Source: Thermoanaerobaculia bacterium (GTDB lineage Bacteria > Acidobacteriota > Thermoanaerobaculia > Gp7-AA8). From it: a stretch of DNA of 64,000 bases. The position numbers and the translations under genes were made by a program. The stretch lies in assembly GCA_036522835.1 (NCBI GenBank), contig DATDFB010000057.1, positions 3,906 through 67,905 of the forward strand, given 5' to 3'. Positions 33,608 through 42,873 of the stretch are shown here, in pieces (the first letter of the stretch is position 1; each line of letters starts with the position of its first letter). The notes under the pieces are model-generated. The model saw nothing but the letters and a program-made list of their open reading frames with translations. It was not told the DNA's origin and made no database searches.

Positions 33608-35519
33608 CGCGCTGCTCGTCTGCGCGCTCGCGGCGAGCGCGCAGGTGCAGGAATCGATCACCGTCAACCTCATCGAAGTGCCGGTGACGGTCGTCGACTC
33701 GAGCGGCAACCCGGTCCGCGGGCTCACCGCCGCGAACTTCAAGCTCTACGACCAGGGGAAAGAGGTCGCCGTCAGCTCGGTCGACACAATCGACTTCGCC
33801 TCGAAGGAGTCGATGAGCGCGGTCTCGCCGCTGAATCCGGCGGCGCGGCGCAAGTTCCTCGTCCTCTTCGATCTTTCCTTCTCGAAGCCGTCGTCGCTGG
33901 CGCGCGCGCAGGAGGCGGCGCGGGCGTTCGTGACCAAGTCGGTGCAGCCGCGCGACCTCGTCGGCGTCGGCACGGTCGACAAGCGCGGCTTCCGCCTCGT
34001 TGCCTCGTTCACCACGGACCGCAAGCTCGTCGCCGACGCGATCGCCAATCCGGCGCAGATGAAGACGGACGATCCGCTGCACCTCGGCCGCAGCGGCATC
34101 GCCTTCGAGCTCTCCGACCATTCGAGCGAGACCGGGAAAGGGAGAGCGGCGATGGGCGACGAGAACGTCGCCGCGCTCATGGCCGACTCCATGCGCCAGA
34201 ACCGCGAGACCGCGCGCGCCGAGGCCGAGAAGGAGATGGACTTCCTCGGCGACCTGGCCAAAACGCTGCGCAGCATCCCGGGGAAGAAGCAGGTCGTCTT
34301 CCTCTCCGAGGGCTTCGACCCGCGCTTCATTTCCGGAAGCGACGCGCGCGAGGACCTCACCTACCAGGCCAGCGTCTTCGATACGAGCGACGACAAACGC
34401 TTCGGCTCGAACAGCGCCTCCACGACACTGCGGCGGATGGCCGACGCCTTCCGCGGCTCCGACGTCGTTCTGCACGCGCTCGACATCCAGGGTCTGCGCG
34501 TCGACAACAGCATCGAGGGCGGCTTCGTCAACAGCAACGACTCGCTGCGCCTCCTGGCCCAGCCGACCGGCGGCATGGTCTTCAAGAACGCGAACAAGAT
34601 CGAGACCGACTTCGAGCGCCTCATGAAGACGGAGGAAGTCGTCTACGTGCTGTCGTTTCAGGCGCCGGCGTCGAAGCCCGGCAAGTTCCACGACCTGAAG
34701 GTGAAGCTCGTCAACGTCCCGGGCGGCGCGAAGGCCTTCGCGCGCGCCGGCTACTACGAGAGCGGCAGCGAGACGCAGCAGGAGCGCACGATGACGAATG
34801 CCGAGATCGTGATGAACGACGTGGAGCAGAAGGACTTCCGCACCGCGTCGCTCGCCGCGGCGTTCCCGACGATGACGGATGCGGCGCAGGTGCCGGTCAT
34901 CGTCGAGATCAGCGGCACCGACCTCGAGAAACAGAACGCCGTCGACTTCTACGTCTACGCATTCGATGAAGAGGGGACGGTGCGCGACCGCCTCTACCAG
35001 CGCGTGACGCTCGACCTAGGCAAGGTCGGCGCGAAGCTGCGCGCGAACGGCCTGAAGTACTGGGCCACGCTGTCGCTGCCGCCGGGCAAGTACGCGGTGA
35101 AGACGCTCGTCCTGGCCGGAGCGAAGAAAGGCTTCGCGCGCGCCGACGTCGTCGTCCCCGCGTCCAACCAGCTCACCGCCGCGCCGATCTTCGTCGACGA
35201 CAGCTCGGCCAATTGGGTGCTGGTGAAGGGAACGTCGCACGCGCAGGCGGCGGCGTATCCGTTCGACCTCAGCGGCGAGCATTTCATCCCCGCCGCCACG
35301 GCGCGCACGAAGCGCTTCGCCGTCTTCGTGCCGAACGCGAAGCCGGAGGACGTCACCTTCGAGACGACGCCGAAGGTGAAGTTCCTCGGCGCGGCAAAGA
35401 GCGGGGGGGCGACGGCGCTGGTGATGGAGCTCGACCAGGCGGTAAAGGACGTGGAGCTGACGATCCGCAAGAAGGGCGTGGCCACGCCGGAGAAGATTCC
35501 GCTGCACATCGTGCAGTAA
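33540..35519 (+). CDS. Exported VWA-domain protein (VWFA-related acidobacterial-type domain)
   Basis: 659 aa. Signal peptide ...WLLVSSALLVCALAASAQ. ITVNLIEVPVTVVDSSGNPVRGLTAANFKLYDQGKEV followed by KFLVLFDLSFS (DxSxS MIDAS-like), typical of this family. The start is ambiguous (33540-33552) and overlaps the upstream OMP gene. Confidence 0.78.
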   Translation: MMPRMTPHRTTRSPRFRWLLVSSALLVCALAASAQVQESITVNLIEVPVTVVDSSGNPVRGLTAANFKLYDQGKEVAVSSVDTIDFASKESMSAVSPLNPAARRKFLVLFDLSFSKPSSLARAQEAARAFVTKSVQPRDLVGVGTVDKRGFRLVASFTTDRKLVADAIANPAQMKTDDPLHLGRSGIAFELSDHSSETGKGRAAMGDENVAALMADSMRQNRETARAEAEKEMDFLGDLAKTLRSIPGKKQVVFLSEGFDPRFISGSDAREDLTYQASVFDTSDDKRFGSNSASTTLRRMADAFRGSDVVLHALDIQGLRVDNSIEGGFVNSNDSLRLLAQPTGGMVFKNANKIETDFERLMKTEEVVYVLSFQAPASKPGKFHDLKVKLVNVPGGAKAFARAGYYESGSETQQERTMTNAEIVMNDVEQKDFRTASLAAAFPTMTDAAQVPVIVEISGTDLEKQNAVDFYVYAFDEEGTVRDRLYQRVTLDLGKVGAKLRANGLKYWATLSLPPGKYAVKTLVLAGAKKGFARADVVVPASNQLTAAPIFVDDSSANWVLVKGTSHAQAAAYPFDLSGEHFIPAATARTKRFAVFVPNAKPEDVTFETTPKVKFLGAAKSGGATALVMELDQAVKDVELTIRKKGVATPEKIPLHIVQ

Positions 35520-35521
35520 CG

Positions 35522-36145
35522 TCACCGTGCGGCGGCGAGCGAATCCAGCGGAACGTCGAGGAGCTCGAATTTCTCCCAACCCTTGAAGTCGTAGTGCCAC
35601 CACTCCGACGGCAACGGCTCGAAGCCGTGTCGCGTCATGACCTCGCGCAACCTGGCGCGGTTGGCGATGGCCTCGGCGGGGAGATCGTTGAAGTCGTTCC
35701 GCGCGCGCGGCGTGAAGTCGTCGAAGCCGGTCGGCATCAGGAGCTCCTTGCCGGTCTCGAGGTCGATGAGCGTCAGATCGACGGCCGCGCCGCGGTTGTG
35801 CCGCGAGCCCTTCTTCGGGTCGGCGACATAGTCGGGATTCTTGATCGGCTCCCACATCGCCACCGTCACGCGGTAGGGGCGGTAGGCGTCCCAGACTTTC
35901 AGCCCGAGGCGTTGCGGCGCGAGCTCGCGCTCGACATCGGCGAGCGCCGCGGCCACCGGCGCGCGGAGGTAGGCCTTCGCCACCGGATACAGCTGCGTGT
36001 GCATGAAGTTGTTCGTCGTGGCGTAGCGGAGGTCGAGGGCGACGCCGGTGGTGGAAAGGTCGATCATCTCCCGCGGGTCGACGCTGCGCGCCACGCGCGG
36101 GCCGGTGGCGCAGGCGATCAGCAGGAGCAGCAGAAGCCGCTTCAT
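35522..36145 (-). CDS. D-alanyl-D-alanine dipeptidase (VanX/DdpX, peptidase M15D), lipoprotein form
   Basis: 207 aa. Lipobox MKRLLLLLLIAC, WDAYRPY, SRHNRGAAVDLTL (Zn ligands), EWWHYD. Confidence 0.88.
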   Translation of the reverse strand: MKRLLLLLLIACATGPRVARSVDPREMIDLSTTGVALDLRYATTNNFMHTQLYPVAKAYLRAPVAAALADVERELAPQRLGLKVWDAYRPYRVTVAMWEPIKNPDYVADPKKGSRHNRGAAVDLTLIDLETGKELLMPTGFDDFTPRARNDFNDLPAEAIANRARLREVMTRHGFEPLPSEWWHYDFKGWEKFELLDVPLDSLAAAR

Positions 36146-36165
36146 TCGAAGACATAATACCGGCC

Positions 36166-37332
36166 GTGGAATTCGACATCTTCTTCTCGATCTGCCAGAC
36201 GGAGGTCGACGGGTATCTGCCCGACGAGCGAACGATGTTCGCGAATTTCTTCGAGCAGGTCGAGCTCGCCGACCGTCTCGGCTTCGGCACGGCGTGGGTG
36301 GCGGAGAGCCATCTTTCGACCGAGGTGCAGAAGACCAATCCCGGCGCGGTCATTCCGCACTTCGTCGGGGAGATCGGGCTCAACACCGACATCCTGCAGC
36401 TCGCGCACCGCGTCTTCGCGCGCACGAAGCGGATCGGCGTCGGCTCAGCGATCCTGAACATCCTCTGCAACGGCGGGCCGATTGCGCATGCGGAGCGGAT
36501 CAAGACGTTCCTGGCTTTGCACGGGCTCGACCCCGAGGAGCGGCGCACGCTGACGATCGGCTTCGCCTCGGGGCGCTTCCCGTTCATCAACGTGCCGTAC
36601 GGCGTCGTGCCGCGGAATCCGGTCGAGAGCGCGGCGTGGCCCGTGGTCAAGAACAAGATTTTCGAAGAGGCGACGGAGATTTTTCTCCGCCTGCTCAAAG
36701 GGGAGACGCTCAACTCGACGATGATCGCCCCGCGCGTGCTGCGGCGCGGCGACTTCCGCTCCGAGGAGGACTGGCAGCGCGTGCTCGAAGCGCACGGGCA
36801 GTACGTCGACGACGTGCCGCTCGCGCCACGCTGGACGTTCCCGAACCTGAAGATCGTTCCGCAGGAGTCGCGCATGGACCTCCTGCGACTCTCCATCGGG
36901 TCGCACGACCCGGCGCTGCAGGCGTTCGCGAACACGTTCCTGCCGGTCGGCGTCTTCAATCTCTCCATCACGCCGGGAAAAGAGATCGAGGAGACGAACC
37001 GTCGGATGCTGACGCAGTACCACGGCGGCGGATGGGAGCGGCGCCTCATGCCGCGCACGGTGCTCGTTTTTCCGAACGAGGCGGAGGCGACGACGGCGCT
37101 CTCGAACTACTGGCGCGCGCTGGAGGGGACGCTCGACGAGGAAAAGGTGCGCCGGGCCACGAACAACGCGCTCGTCGGCGACGCCGGGACGATCGCGCGG
37201 CAGATGCGGGAACGCTTCGATCCCGCGGACCGTTTGATGCTCTGGTTCGACTTCAACAACCACGACTCCAAGCGCGTGATGCAGAGCATGGACGACTTCA
37301 TGACCAAGGTGGCGCCGAGCTTCGCCGGATGA
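36166..37332 (+). CDS. LLM-class (luciferase-like) flavin-dependent oxidoreductase
   Basis: 388 aa. GTG start. FFEQVELADRLGFGTAWVAESH and the overall TIM-barrel LLM pattern. Substrate unknown. Confidence 0.8.
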   Translation: MEFDIFFSICQTEVDGYLPDERTMFANFFEQVELADRLGFGTAWVAESHLSTEVQKTNPGAVIPHFVGEIGLNTDILQLAHRVFARTKRIGVGSAILNILCNGGPIAHAERIKTFLALHGLDPEERRTLTIGFASGRFPFINVPYGVVPRNPVESAAWPVVKNKIFEEATEIFLRLLKGETLNSTMIAPRVLRRGDFRSEEDWQRVLEAHGQYVDDVPLAPRWTFPNLKIVPQESRMDLLRLSIGSHDPALQAFANTFLPVGVFNLSITPGKEIEETNRRMLTQYHGGGWERRLMPRTVLVFPNEAEATTALSNYWRALEGTLDEEKVRRATNNALVGDAGTIARQMRERFDPADRLMLWFDFNNHDSKRVMQSMDDFMTKVAPSFAG

Positions 37333-39167
37333 TCCGCCGCACGCTGCTGCTCTTCGCCGCCAATCTCGTGCTCTTCACGCTGCTGCGGGTGGCGTTTCTC
37401 CTGGTCTTCGGCCATCGCCTGGCCGGGAACGATCTTCTGCGCGCCTTTTACCTCGGATTGAAATTCGACGCGCGGCTGGCGGCGCTGGTCGTCGCGCCGA
37501 TCGCGATTTTCGGCACGCGCCGCGCGGCGACGATCGTCTTCGCAATCTTCGAGCTCATCGTCCTCCTCTGCTACGCCATCGACTTCGGCTCGTACGCGTA
37601 CGTCCACCAGCGCGTGAACGCCAGCGAGCTGGAGTTCCTCCGCAATCCGCTGATCTCGCTGCACATGGTGTGGGAGTCGTACCACGTCGTCTGGTTCGGG
37701 CTGGGCATCCTGCTGTTCCTCGCGGCGCTCGTGTTCGCGCTGCGCGGCGGCGACGTGTCATCCCGAGCGCAGCGAGGGATCCCCCGCGACCCGCTCTGGC
37801 AGCGCATCGCCCTCATCGTCTTTCTTCTGGCGTGCATCTACGGCAAGGCCTCGCGCTACCCGCTGCGCTGGAGCGACGCCTACGTCGCACGCGATCCCTT
37901 CGCCGCGGAGCTCGCGCTCAACCCGCCGCAGTTCCTCTTCGAGACGATGCGCGAGGAGCCGGTGAAGCTCGACGAGAACCGCGTGCGGCGGCTCTACCCG
38001 GTCATGGCCGCGTATGCCGGAGTCGATCGCCCCGATCCGAAATCGCTGTCGCTGGCGCGCACGCCGAGGCTCTTTCCGCAGACCACCGGGGCGCCCAACG
38101 TCGTCGTCATCCAGCTCGAGTCCTTCGCGGCGTTCAAGAGCGGCGCGTTCGGCAACCGCGCCAACGGCTGCCCGAACGTCGACCGCCTGGCGCGCGAGGG
38201 GCTGCTCTTCACGAACTACTACTCCCCCTCGGAGAAGACCGCGCGCGCGCTCTATGCCGCCGTCTTCGGCATGGCCGACGTGAGCCCGTGGCAGGCCGCC
38301 GGCAACAACCCCATGGCGGTCGACCAGTACACGATCATCAACGCCTTCCGCGGCTACGAGAAGTATTTCTTCCTCGGCGGGAGCGCGAACTGGTCGAACA
38401 TCCGCGGGATGCTCGCGCACAATATCGACGGACTGAAGATCTTCGAGGAAGGCTCGTACAAAGCGAAGCCGGTCGACGTCTGGGGCGTGACGGACGAAGA
38501 GGTGTTCCTCACGGCGAGCGACGAGCTCTCGAAACAGCGCAAGCCATTCTTCGCGCTGATCCTGACCTCCGGCAATCACCGCCCCTACACCGTGCCGAAG
38601 GAGACGCACGGCTACGCGCGCGAGATCCTGTCGAACGAAGACCTGCGCGCGAACGGCTTCGAGTCGAACGACGAGTACAACTCCTTCCGCTACCTCGACC
38701 ACGCCGTCGGCCTCTTTTTCGAGAAGGCCGAGAAGGAGCCGTGGTTCAAGAACACCGTCTTTGTTCTCTACGGCGACCACGGCACGCGCACCGGCGCGCC
38801 CGGCGAAGCGCTCACGCTCGGCGACCTCTCGCTCATCGTCTACCACGTGCCGATGATCATCTACGCGCCCGGCTTCAACGTGCCGCCGCGCAGGATCGAC
38901 ATCGCCGCGAGCCACATGGACCTGATGCCGACGATCGCGAGCTTTTGCGGAGTGCCGTACCGCAATCAGACGCTGGGCATCGATCTCTTCGATCCGAATT
39001 CCGCCGGACACTCGGCAGCGTTCGTTTTTACAACGTTTCGCCAGCCGCCCACCCTCGGCCTGGTCGAAGGCGCGCGCTACACGATCGTAAAATCGGGGAC
39101 GAGCAACACCCTTCCGGAAGCGTTTTATGAGTTTTCTCGTTGGCTGATGCTGCACAATAAACCGTAA
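37329..39167 (+). CDS. LTA-synthase / phosphoglycerol-transferase family membrane sulfatase-fold protein
   Basis: In-frame part of track ORF 36048..39167 from MIRRTLLLFAANLVLFTLL (ATGA overlap with the LLM gene). About 5 N-terminal TM segments, then a sulfatase domain: VVVIQLESFAAF, LILTSGNHRPYTVP, VLYGDHGTR. Confidence 0.85.
   Translation: MIRRTLLLFAANLVLFTLLRVAFLLVFGHRLAGNDLLRAFYLGLKFDARLAALVVAPIAIFGTRRAATIVFAIFELIVLLCYAIDFGSYAYVHQRVNASELEFLRNPLISLHMVWESYHVVWFGLGILLFLAALVFALRGGDVSSRAQRGIPRDPLWQRIALIVFLLACIYGKASRYPLRWSDAYVARDPFAAELALNPPQFLFETMREEPVKLDENRVRRLYPVMAAYAGVDRPDPKSLSLARTPRLFPQTTGAPNVVVIQLESFAAFKSGAFGNRANGCPNVDRLAREGLLFTNYYSPSEKTARALYAAVFGMADVSPWQAAGNNPMAVDQYTIINAFRGYEKYFFLGGSANWSNIRGMLAHNIDGLKIFEEGSYKAKPVDVWGVTDEEVFLTASDELSKQRKPFFALILTSGNHRPYTVPKETHGYAREILSNEDLRANGFESNDEYNSFRYLDHAVGLFFEKAEKEPWFKNTVFVLYGDHGTRTGAPGEALTLGDLSLIVYHVPMIIYAPGFNVPPRRIDIAASHMDLMPTIASFCGVPYRNQTLGIDLFDPNSAGHSAAFVFTTFRQPPTLGLVEGARYTIVKSGTSNTLPEAFYEFSRWLMLHNKP
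37755..37785. repeat. Half copy of the GTGTCATCCCGAGC palindrome, in frame in a CDS
   Basis: gtgtcatcccgagcgcagcgagggatcccc translates as VSSRAQRGIP in a loop between TM segments of the LTA-synthase-like protein. Confidence 0.75.
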
Positions 39168-39176
39168 TCGCAAACG

Positions 39177-39206
39177 ACAGCGGCGGCATGGCCGCCGCAC
39201 TCCACA
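39177..39206. repeat. Half copy of the GCGGCGGCATGGCCGCCGCACTCCACA palindrome abutting the hflX ATG
   Basis: acagcggcggcatggccgccgcactccaca is followed immediately by the ATG at 39207. Confidence 0.85.
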
Positions 39207-40460
39207 ATGCCTGAAACTGCCATCGCCGTAGGACTTCTCCTGCCGGACACATCGCGTACCGTCGCCGACGAGCACCTCGACGAGCTCGAGAAACTGATCG
39301 AGACGGCCGGCGGCAACGTCGTCGCCAAAATGCTGGCCCGCCGCCCCGCGCCCGATCCCGCCACCTTCGTCGGCAAGGGGAAGGCGGAAGAGATCAAGGT
39401 CATCGCCGAGAATCACGGCGCGCAGCTCGTGGTCTTCGACGACGACTTGAGCCCCGCGCAGGTGCGCAACCTCGAGAAGATCACGGGCGTCAAGGTCATC
39501 GACCGCAGCGGCCTCATTCTCGACATCTTCGCCGGCCGCGCGCGCAGCCGCGAGGCGCGCACGCAGGTGGAGCTGGCGCAGCTCGAGTACACGCTGCCGC
39601 GCCTCACCCGCGCCTGGACGCACCTGGAGCGGCAGGCCGGCGGCATCGGCACGCGCGGCGTCGGCGAGACGCAGATCGAGCTCGACCGCCGCATCATCCG
39701 CAACCGCATCGCCCACCTCAAAGAAGAGCTGCGCAAGATCGAGCGGACGCGCGTCACGCAGCGCAAGGCGCGCAGCAGCGCCTTCACCGTCGCGCTGGTC
39801 GGCTACACGAATGCCGGGAAGTCGACGCTCTTCAACCAGCTCACGCGCGGCGGCGCCGAGGCGGTCGACAAGCTGTTCGCCACGCTCGATGCGAAGTCGC
39901 AGCGCGCCGCGTTCGAGATGCCGCGCGAGACCGTCGTCATCGACACCGTCGGCTTCATCCGCAAGCTGCCGCACAACCTCGTGGCCTCGTTCCGCTCGAC
40001 GATGGAGGAGGCGGTCGCCGCCGACCTCGTGCTGCACGTCATCGATGTGAGCCATCCACAGTACGAAGAGCAGCGCACCGTCGCCGAGGAAGTGTTGAAA
40101 GAGCTCGGCGTGCCGGCGGAGCGGGTCATGGAGGTCTACAACAAAGTCGACCGCGCCGAGACCATGATCCGCCGCAAGGGCGCCGTCGGCGTGTCCGCGC
40201 TGACGGGGCGGAACATCGACAAGCTGGTCGATGCCATCCGGCAGCGCGAGCTCGAAGGCGGCGAGGTCGTGCAGCTCGAGATCCCGCACTCCGAGCCGAA
40301 GCTCCTGGCGGAGCTGCACGAGACCGCGGTGGTGTACGCGCAGACGGCATCCGACGACATCACGGCCGTCACGGCGTGGCTGCCGTTCGAGGTCCTGCCG
40401 CGATTCACCGAGTACCGGCGGCCCGACGTGGCCGCCGCCGCGCGCGCGACGCTCAGGTGA
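39207..40460 (+). CDS. hflX: GTPase HflX
   Basis: 417 aa. N-terminal HflX domain (FVGKGKAEEIK), GYTNAGKSTLFNQLT (G1), DTVGFIRKLPH (G3), NKVD (G4). Confidence 0.93.
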   Translation: MPETAIAVGLLLPDTSRTVADEHLDELEKLIETAGGNVVAKMLARRPAPDPATFVGKGKAEEIKVIAENHGAQLVVFDDDLSPAQVRNLEKITGVKVIDRSGLILDIFAGRARSREARTQVELAQLEYTLPRLTRAWTHLERQAGGIGTRGVGETQIELDRRIIRNRIAHLKEELRKIERTRVTQRKARSSAFTVALVGYTNAGKSTLFNQLTRGGAEAVDKLFATLDAKSQRAAFEMPRETVVIDTVGFIRKLPHNLVASFRSTMEEAVAADLVLHVIDVSHPQYEEQRTVAEEVLKELGVPAERVMEVYNKVDRAETMIRRKGAVGVSALTGRNIDKLVDAIRQRELEGGEVVQLEIPHSEPKLLAELHETAVVYAQTASDDITAVTAWLPFEVLPRFTEYRRPDVAAAARATLR

Positions 40461-41532
40461 TCGTGCGCAAGCGGTCGTTGATGACGCGCGTCCGCCCGCC
40501 GGCGTTGATGCGCAGCTCGAGACCCGGCTTGCCGTCCAGATCGGACGCGCCGAGGTACGTCCATGCCGCGCCGGCCGTGTAGGTGAAGCTCGATCCGTCG
40601 GCATCGTGGTAGATGTCGATGGCGCTTCCCACGTTGAACACGAGATCGTTGCCGGGCCGCCCATCGGTGTCGACGGCGTCGACCAGCGTCCACCCTTTCG
40701 TGCTGACGAGGTGGCTCGTCACGGTGCCGCCGGCGTCGTGAATGATGCGAACGGCCGATCCGATGTTGAGAATCAGCTCCGCGCCCGCCTTGCCGTCGAG
40801 ATCGGCGGCGCGCATGAACTTCCACGAGCTGCCGCCGTCGTAGTCCCTCGACGCGCCCGTGCCGGCGTGAACGATCCGGATTTTGGAGCCGAGATTCAGC
40901 ACCAACTCCGCGCCCGGCAGTCCGTCGAGCTCCGCCGAGGTGACCAACGCCCACGCCGGCCCGAGAGCCGGAAAATCGACGACGCTGTTGCTGCCGTCGC
41001 GGATCACGCGGAGCGTCGATCCGAGATTCACCGCCAGCTCGGCGCCCGGCTTCCCGTCGAGCTCCGCGATCGTGACGACCGTCCAGACCGGGCCGAGATT
41101 CGCAGTATCGCTCGAGGTGCCGGCCGCGTCGTGAATGATGCGGATCGTCGAGCCGAGGTTCAGCACGAGCTCCGCGCCGGCTTTGCCGTCGGTATCCACC
41201 GTGGCGATCAGCTTCCACGCCGCCGCCGCGTTGTAGTCCTGCATCTTGCCGGTCGCGTCGCGGATCACGCGGATCTTCGCGCCGAGATTGAGCACGAGCT
41301 CCAGGCCGGGTCGGCCGTCGAGATCGGCCGCGCCCGCGAAGGCCCACCCGGCGCCGGCGGCGTACGTGTTCGACGTTCCGTTCGCGCGCTGCACGCGGAT
41401 CGTGGCGCCCTCGTTGAAGACCTTCTCGGCCGCACCGTCGCCGTTCGTGTCCCAACTGCCCATCAGGATGCTGCCGGCAGCCATGGCATCCGAGGCGAGG
41501 AGAAAGAGGGTCAGGAGCCGGAGAAACCGCAT
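40453..41532 (-). CDS. Exported beta-propeller protein with about eight FG-GAP-like DxDGxxGxE repeats
   Basis: Start at MRFLRLLTLFLLASDAMAAG (complement 41530-41532). Seven full ~42-aa repeats plus one partial, e.g. DLDGRPGLELVLNLGAKIRVIRDATGKMQDYNAAAAWKLIATV. The 3' end overlaps the hflX stop by 8 nt. Confidence 0.75.
   Translation of the reverse strand: MRFLRLLTLFLLASDAMAAGSILMGSWDTNGDGAAEKVFNEGATIRVQRANGTSNTYAAGAGWAFAGAADLDGRPGLELVLNLGAKIRVIRDATGKMQDYNAAAAWKLIATVDTDGKAGAELVLNLGSTIRIIHDAAGTSSDTANLGPVWTVVTIAELDGKPGAELAVNLGSTLRVIRDGSNSVVDFPALGPAWALVTSAELDGLPGAELVLNLGSKIRIVHAGTGASRDYDGGSSWKFMRAADLDGKAGAELILNIGSAVRIIHDAGGTVTSHLVSTKGWTLVDAVDTDGRPGNDLVFNVGSAIDIYHDADGSSFTYTAGAAWTYLGASDLDGKPGLELRINAGGRTRVINDRLRTIT
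40456..41454 (-). repeat. Internal ~126-bp coding tandem repeats (propeller blades)
   Basis: The repeated peptide pattern D-[LT]-D-G-[KR]-[PA]-G-x-E-L-V-L-N-L-G-S-x-I-R-[IV]-I recurs at about 42-aa spacing through the ORF. Confidence 0.8.
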
Positions 41533-41599
41533 CGAAACTCCTGTCGTTTCGTACAGATGACGTCGCGCGCGGCCCAAACGTGATAGGAATCAGGAAGCG

Positions 41600-42088
41600 A
41601 TGAAAATCCGTCCAGCCGAGGCGAAGGACCGCCCGCGCATCCGCGAGATCCTCGTTGCCACGGCGCGATTCACGGACGACGAGATCCGCGCCGCGGTCGA
41701 GCTCGTCGACCACTACCTCGACCATCCCGCCCGCTCCGAATACCTCACCTTCGTTCTCGAGTCGCCCGAGAGCGGCCCCAGCCGCCAGGTGCAGGGCTAC
41801 GTCACTTACGGCGCTACGCCGAAGACCGAGGGCGTGTTCGATCTCTACTGGATCGCCGTCGACCCGCGGCACCAGGGGCAGGGCTTCGGACAGCTTCTTC
41901 TACGCTTCGTAGAGAACGAAGTGCGCCGGCACCGAGGCAGAATGTTGCTCATCGAGACCTCGTCGAAGGAAAGTTATTCGTCGACGTTGCGCTTTTACCA
42001 ACGCAGCGGTTACGACGAGATCTCGCGAATTAAAGACTTCTACCGCATCGAGTGCGACAAAATCGTCTTCTGTAAGAAATTCGCATGA
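41600..42088 (+). CDS. GNAT family N-acetyltransferase
   Basis: 162 aa. YWIAVDPRHQGQGFGQLLLRFVE (Q/RxxGxG acetyl-CoA motif), ...TLRFYQRSGY. Confidence 0.85.
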   Translation: MKIRPAEAKDRPRIREILVATARFTDDEIRAAVELVDHYLDHPARSEYLTFVLESPESGPSRQVQGYVTYGATPKTEGVFDLYWIAVDPRHQGQGFGQLLLRFVENEVRRHRGRMLLIETSSKESYSSTLRFYQRSGYDEISRIKDFYRIECDKIVFCKKFA

Positions 42089-42873
42089 GCCCGAACCTGA
42101 CCCTTTACGCCGCACTCGGCCTCTACGCCGCCGGCACGCTGATGGCCTTGGCGTCGCTGTTCGGGCGGCGTTTGCAGACGCCGGCGCTGGTGCTGATGCT
42201 GGCCGGGTTCGTCAGCCACACGGTCTGGATCGGGACGATTTGCGTGCGCACGCACCACCCGCCGCTCACGAACCTGCCGGAGATCGCGGCGTTCCTGTCG
42301 TGGACGGTGTTCGTCGTGGAGCTGGTGCTGCTGTTCAAGTACCGCGTGCACGCGGCGTCGTTCTTCGTCTACCCGCTCGTGCTGATGCTCCTGACCGTCT
42401 CGGCCGTCGTGCACGAGCCGTTCGCGCTGGCCGGCCCGACGGCGCAGTCGAAGCTCTTCACGACGCACATCCTCCTCTCGACGGTCGGCGTGGCCGCACT
42501 GCTCATCGGCGTCGCGTTCAATGCGCTGGCCTGGATGCAAGACCGGTCGCTCAAGTCGAAGCACCGCGGGCGGACGTGGGAGTGGATCCCGAGCCTCAAC
42601 GTCTGCAAGACGCTGAGTTACCGGGCGCTGGCCGTCGGCTTCAGCATCTACACGCTCGGGATTCTGACGGGGATTCTCTGGTCCTACCGCACGACTTCGG
42701 AGCTGCTCGACCTGCGCGTCAAGCAGGTCGGCGCGATCGTGGCGTGGGTGCTCTTCGCAACGCTCCTGCAGTCGTACGTCAGCGGCGCGTATCGCGCGCG
42801 GAGGGCCATGGTGATCTCGGCCTGCGCGCTCGTGGCGGTGCTCGTGGCCATTTTGGGGATCCGGCATGTCTGA
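42085..42873 (+). CDS. Cytochrome c assembly protein family (CcsA/HemX-like) membrane protein
   Basis: 262 aa with 7-8 TM segments. W-rich region LGILTGILWSY...VAWVLFATLLQ as in CcsA/HemX proteins that accompany hemA. ATGA overlap with the GNAT gene. Confidence 0.75.
   Translation: MSPNLTLYAALGLYAAGTLMALASLFGRRLQTPALVLMLAGFVSHTVWIGTICVRTHHPPLTNLPEIAAFLSWTVFVVELVLLFKYRVHAASFFVYPLVLMLLTVSAVVHEPFALAGPTAQSKLFTTHILLSTVGVAALLIGVAFNALAWMQDRSLKSKHRGRTWEWIPSLNVCKTLSYRALAVGFSIYTLGILTGILWSYRTTSELLDLRVKQVGAIVAWVLFATLLQSYVSGAYRARRAMVISACALVAVLVAILGIRHV

Noticed and set aside
37758-40664. 968-aa minus-strand ORF
   Set aside because: It is antisense to the LTA-synthase-like gene and hflX, both with strong family motifs on the plus strand.
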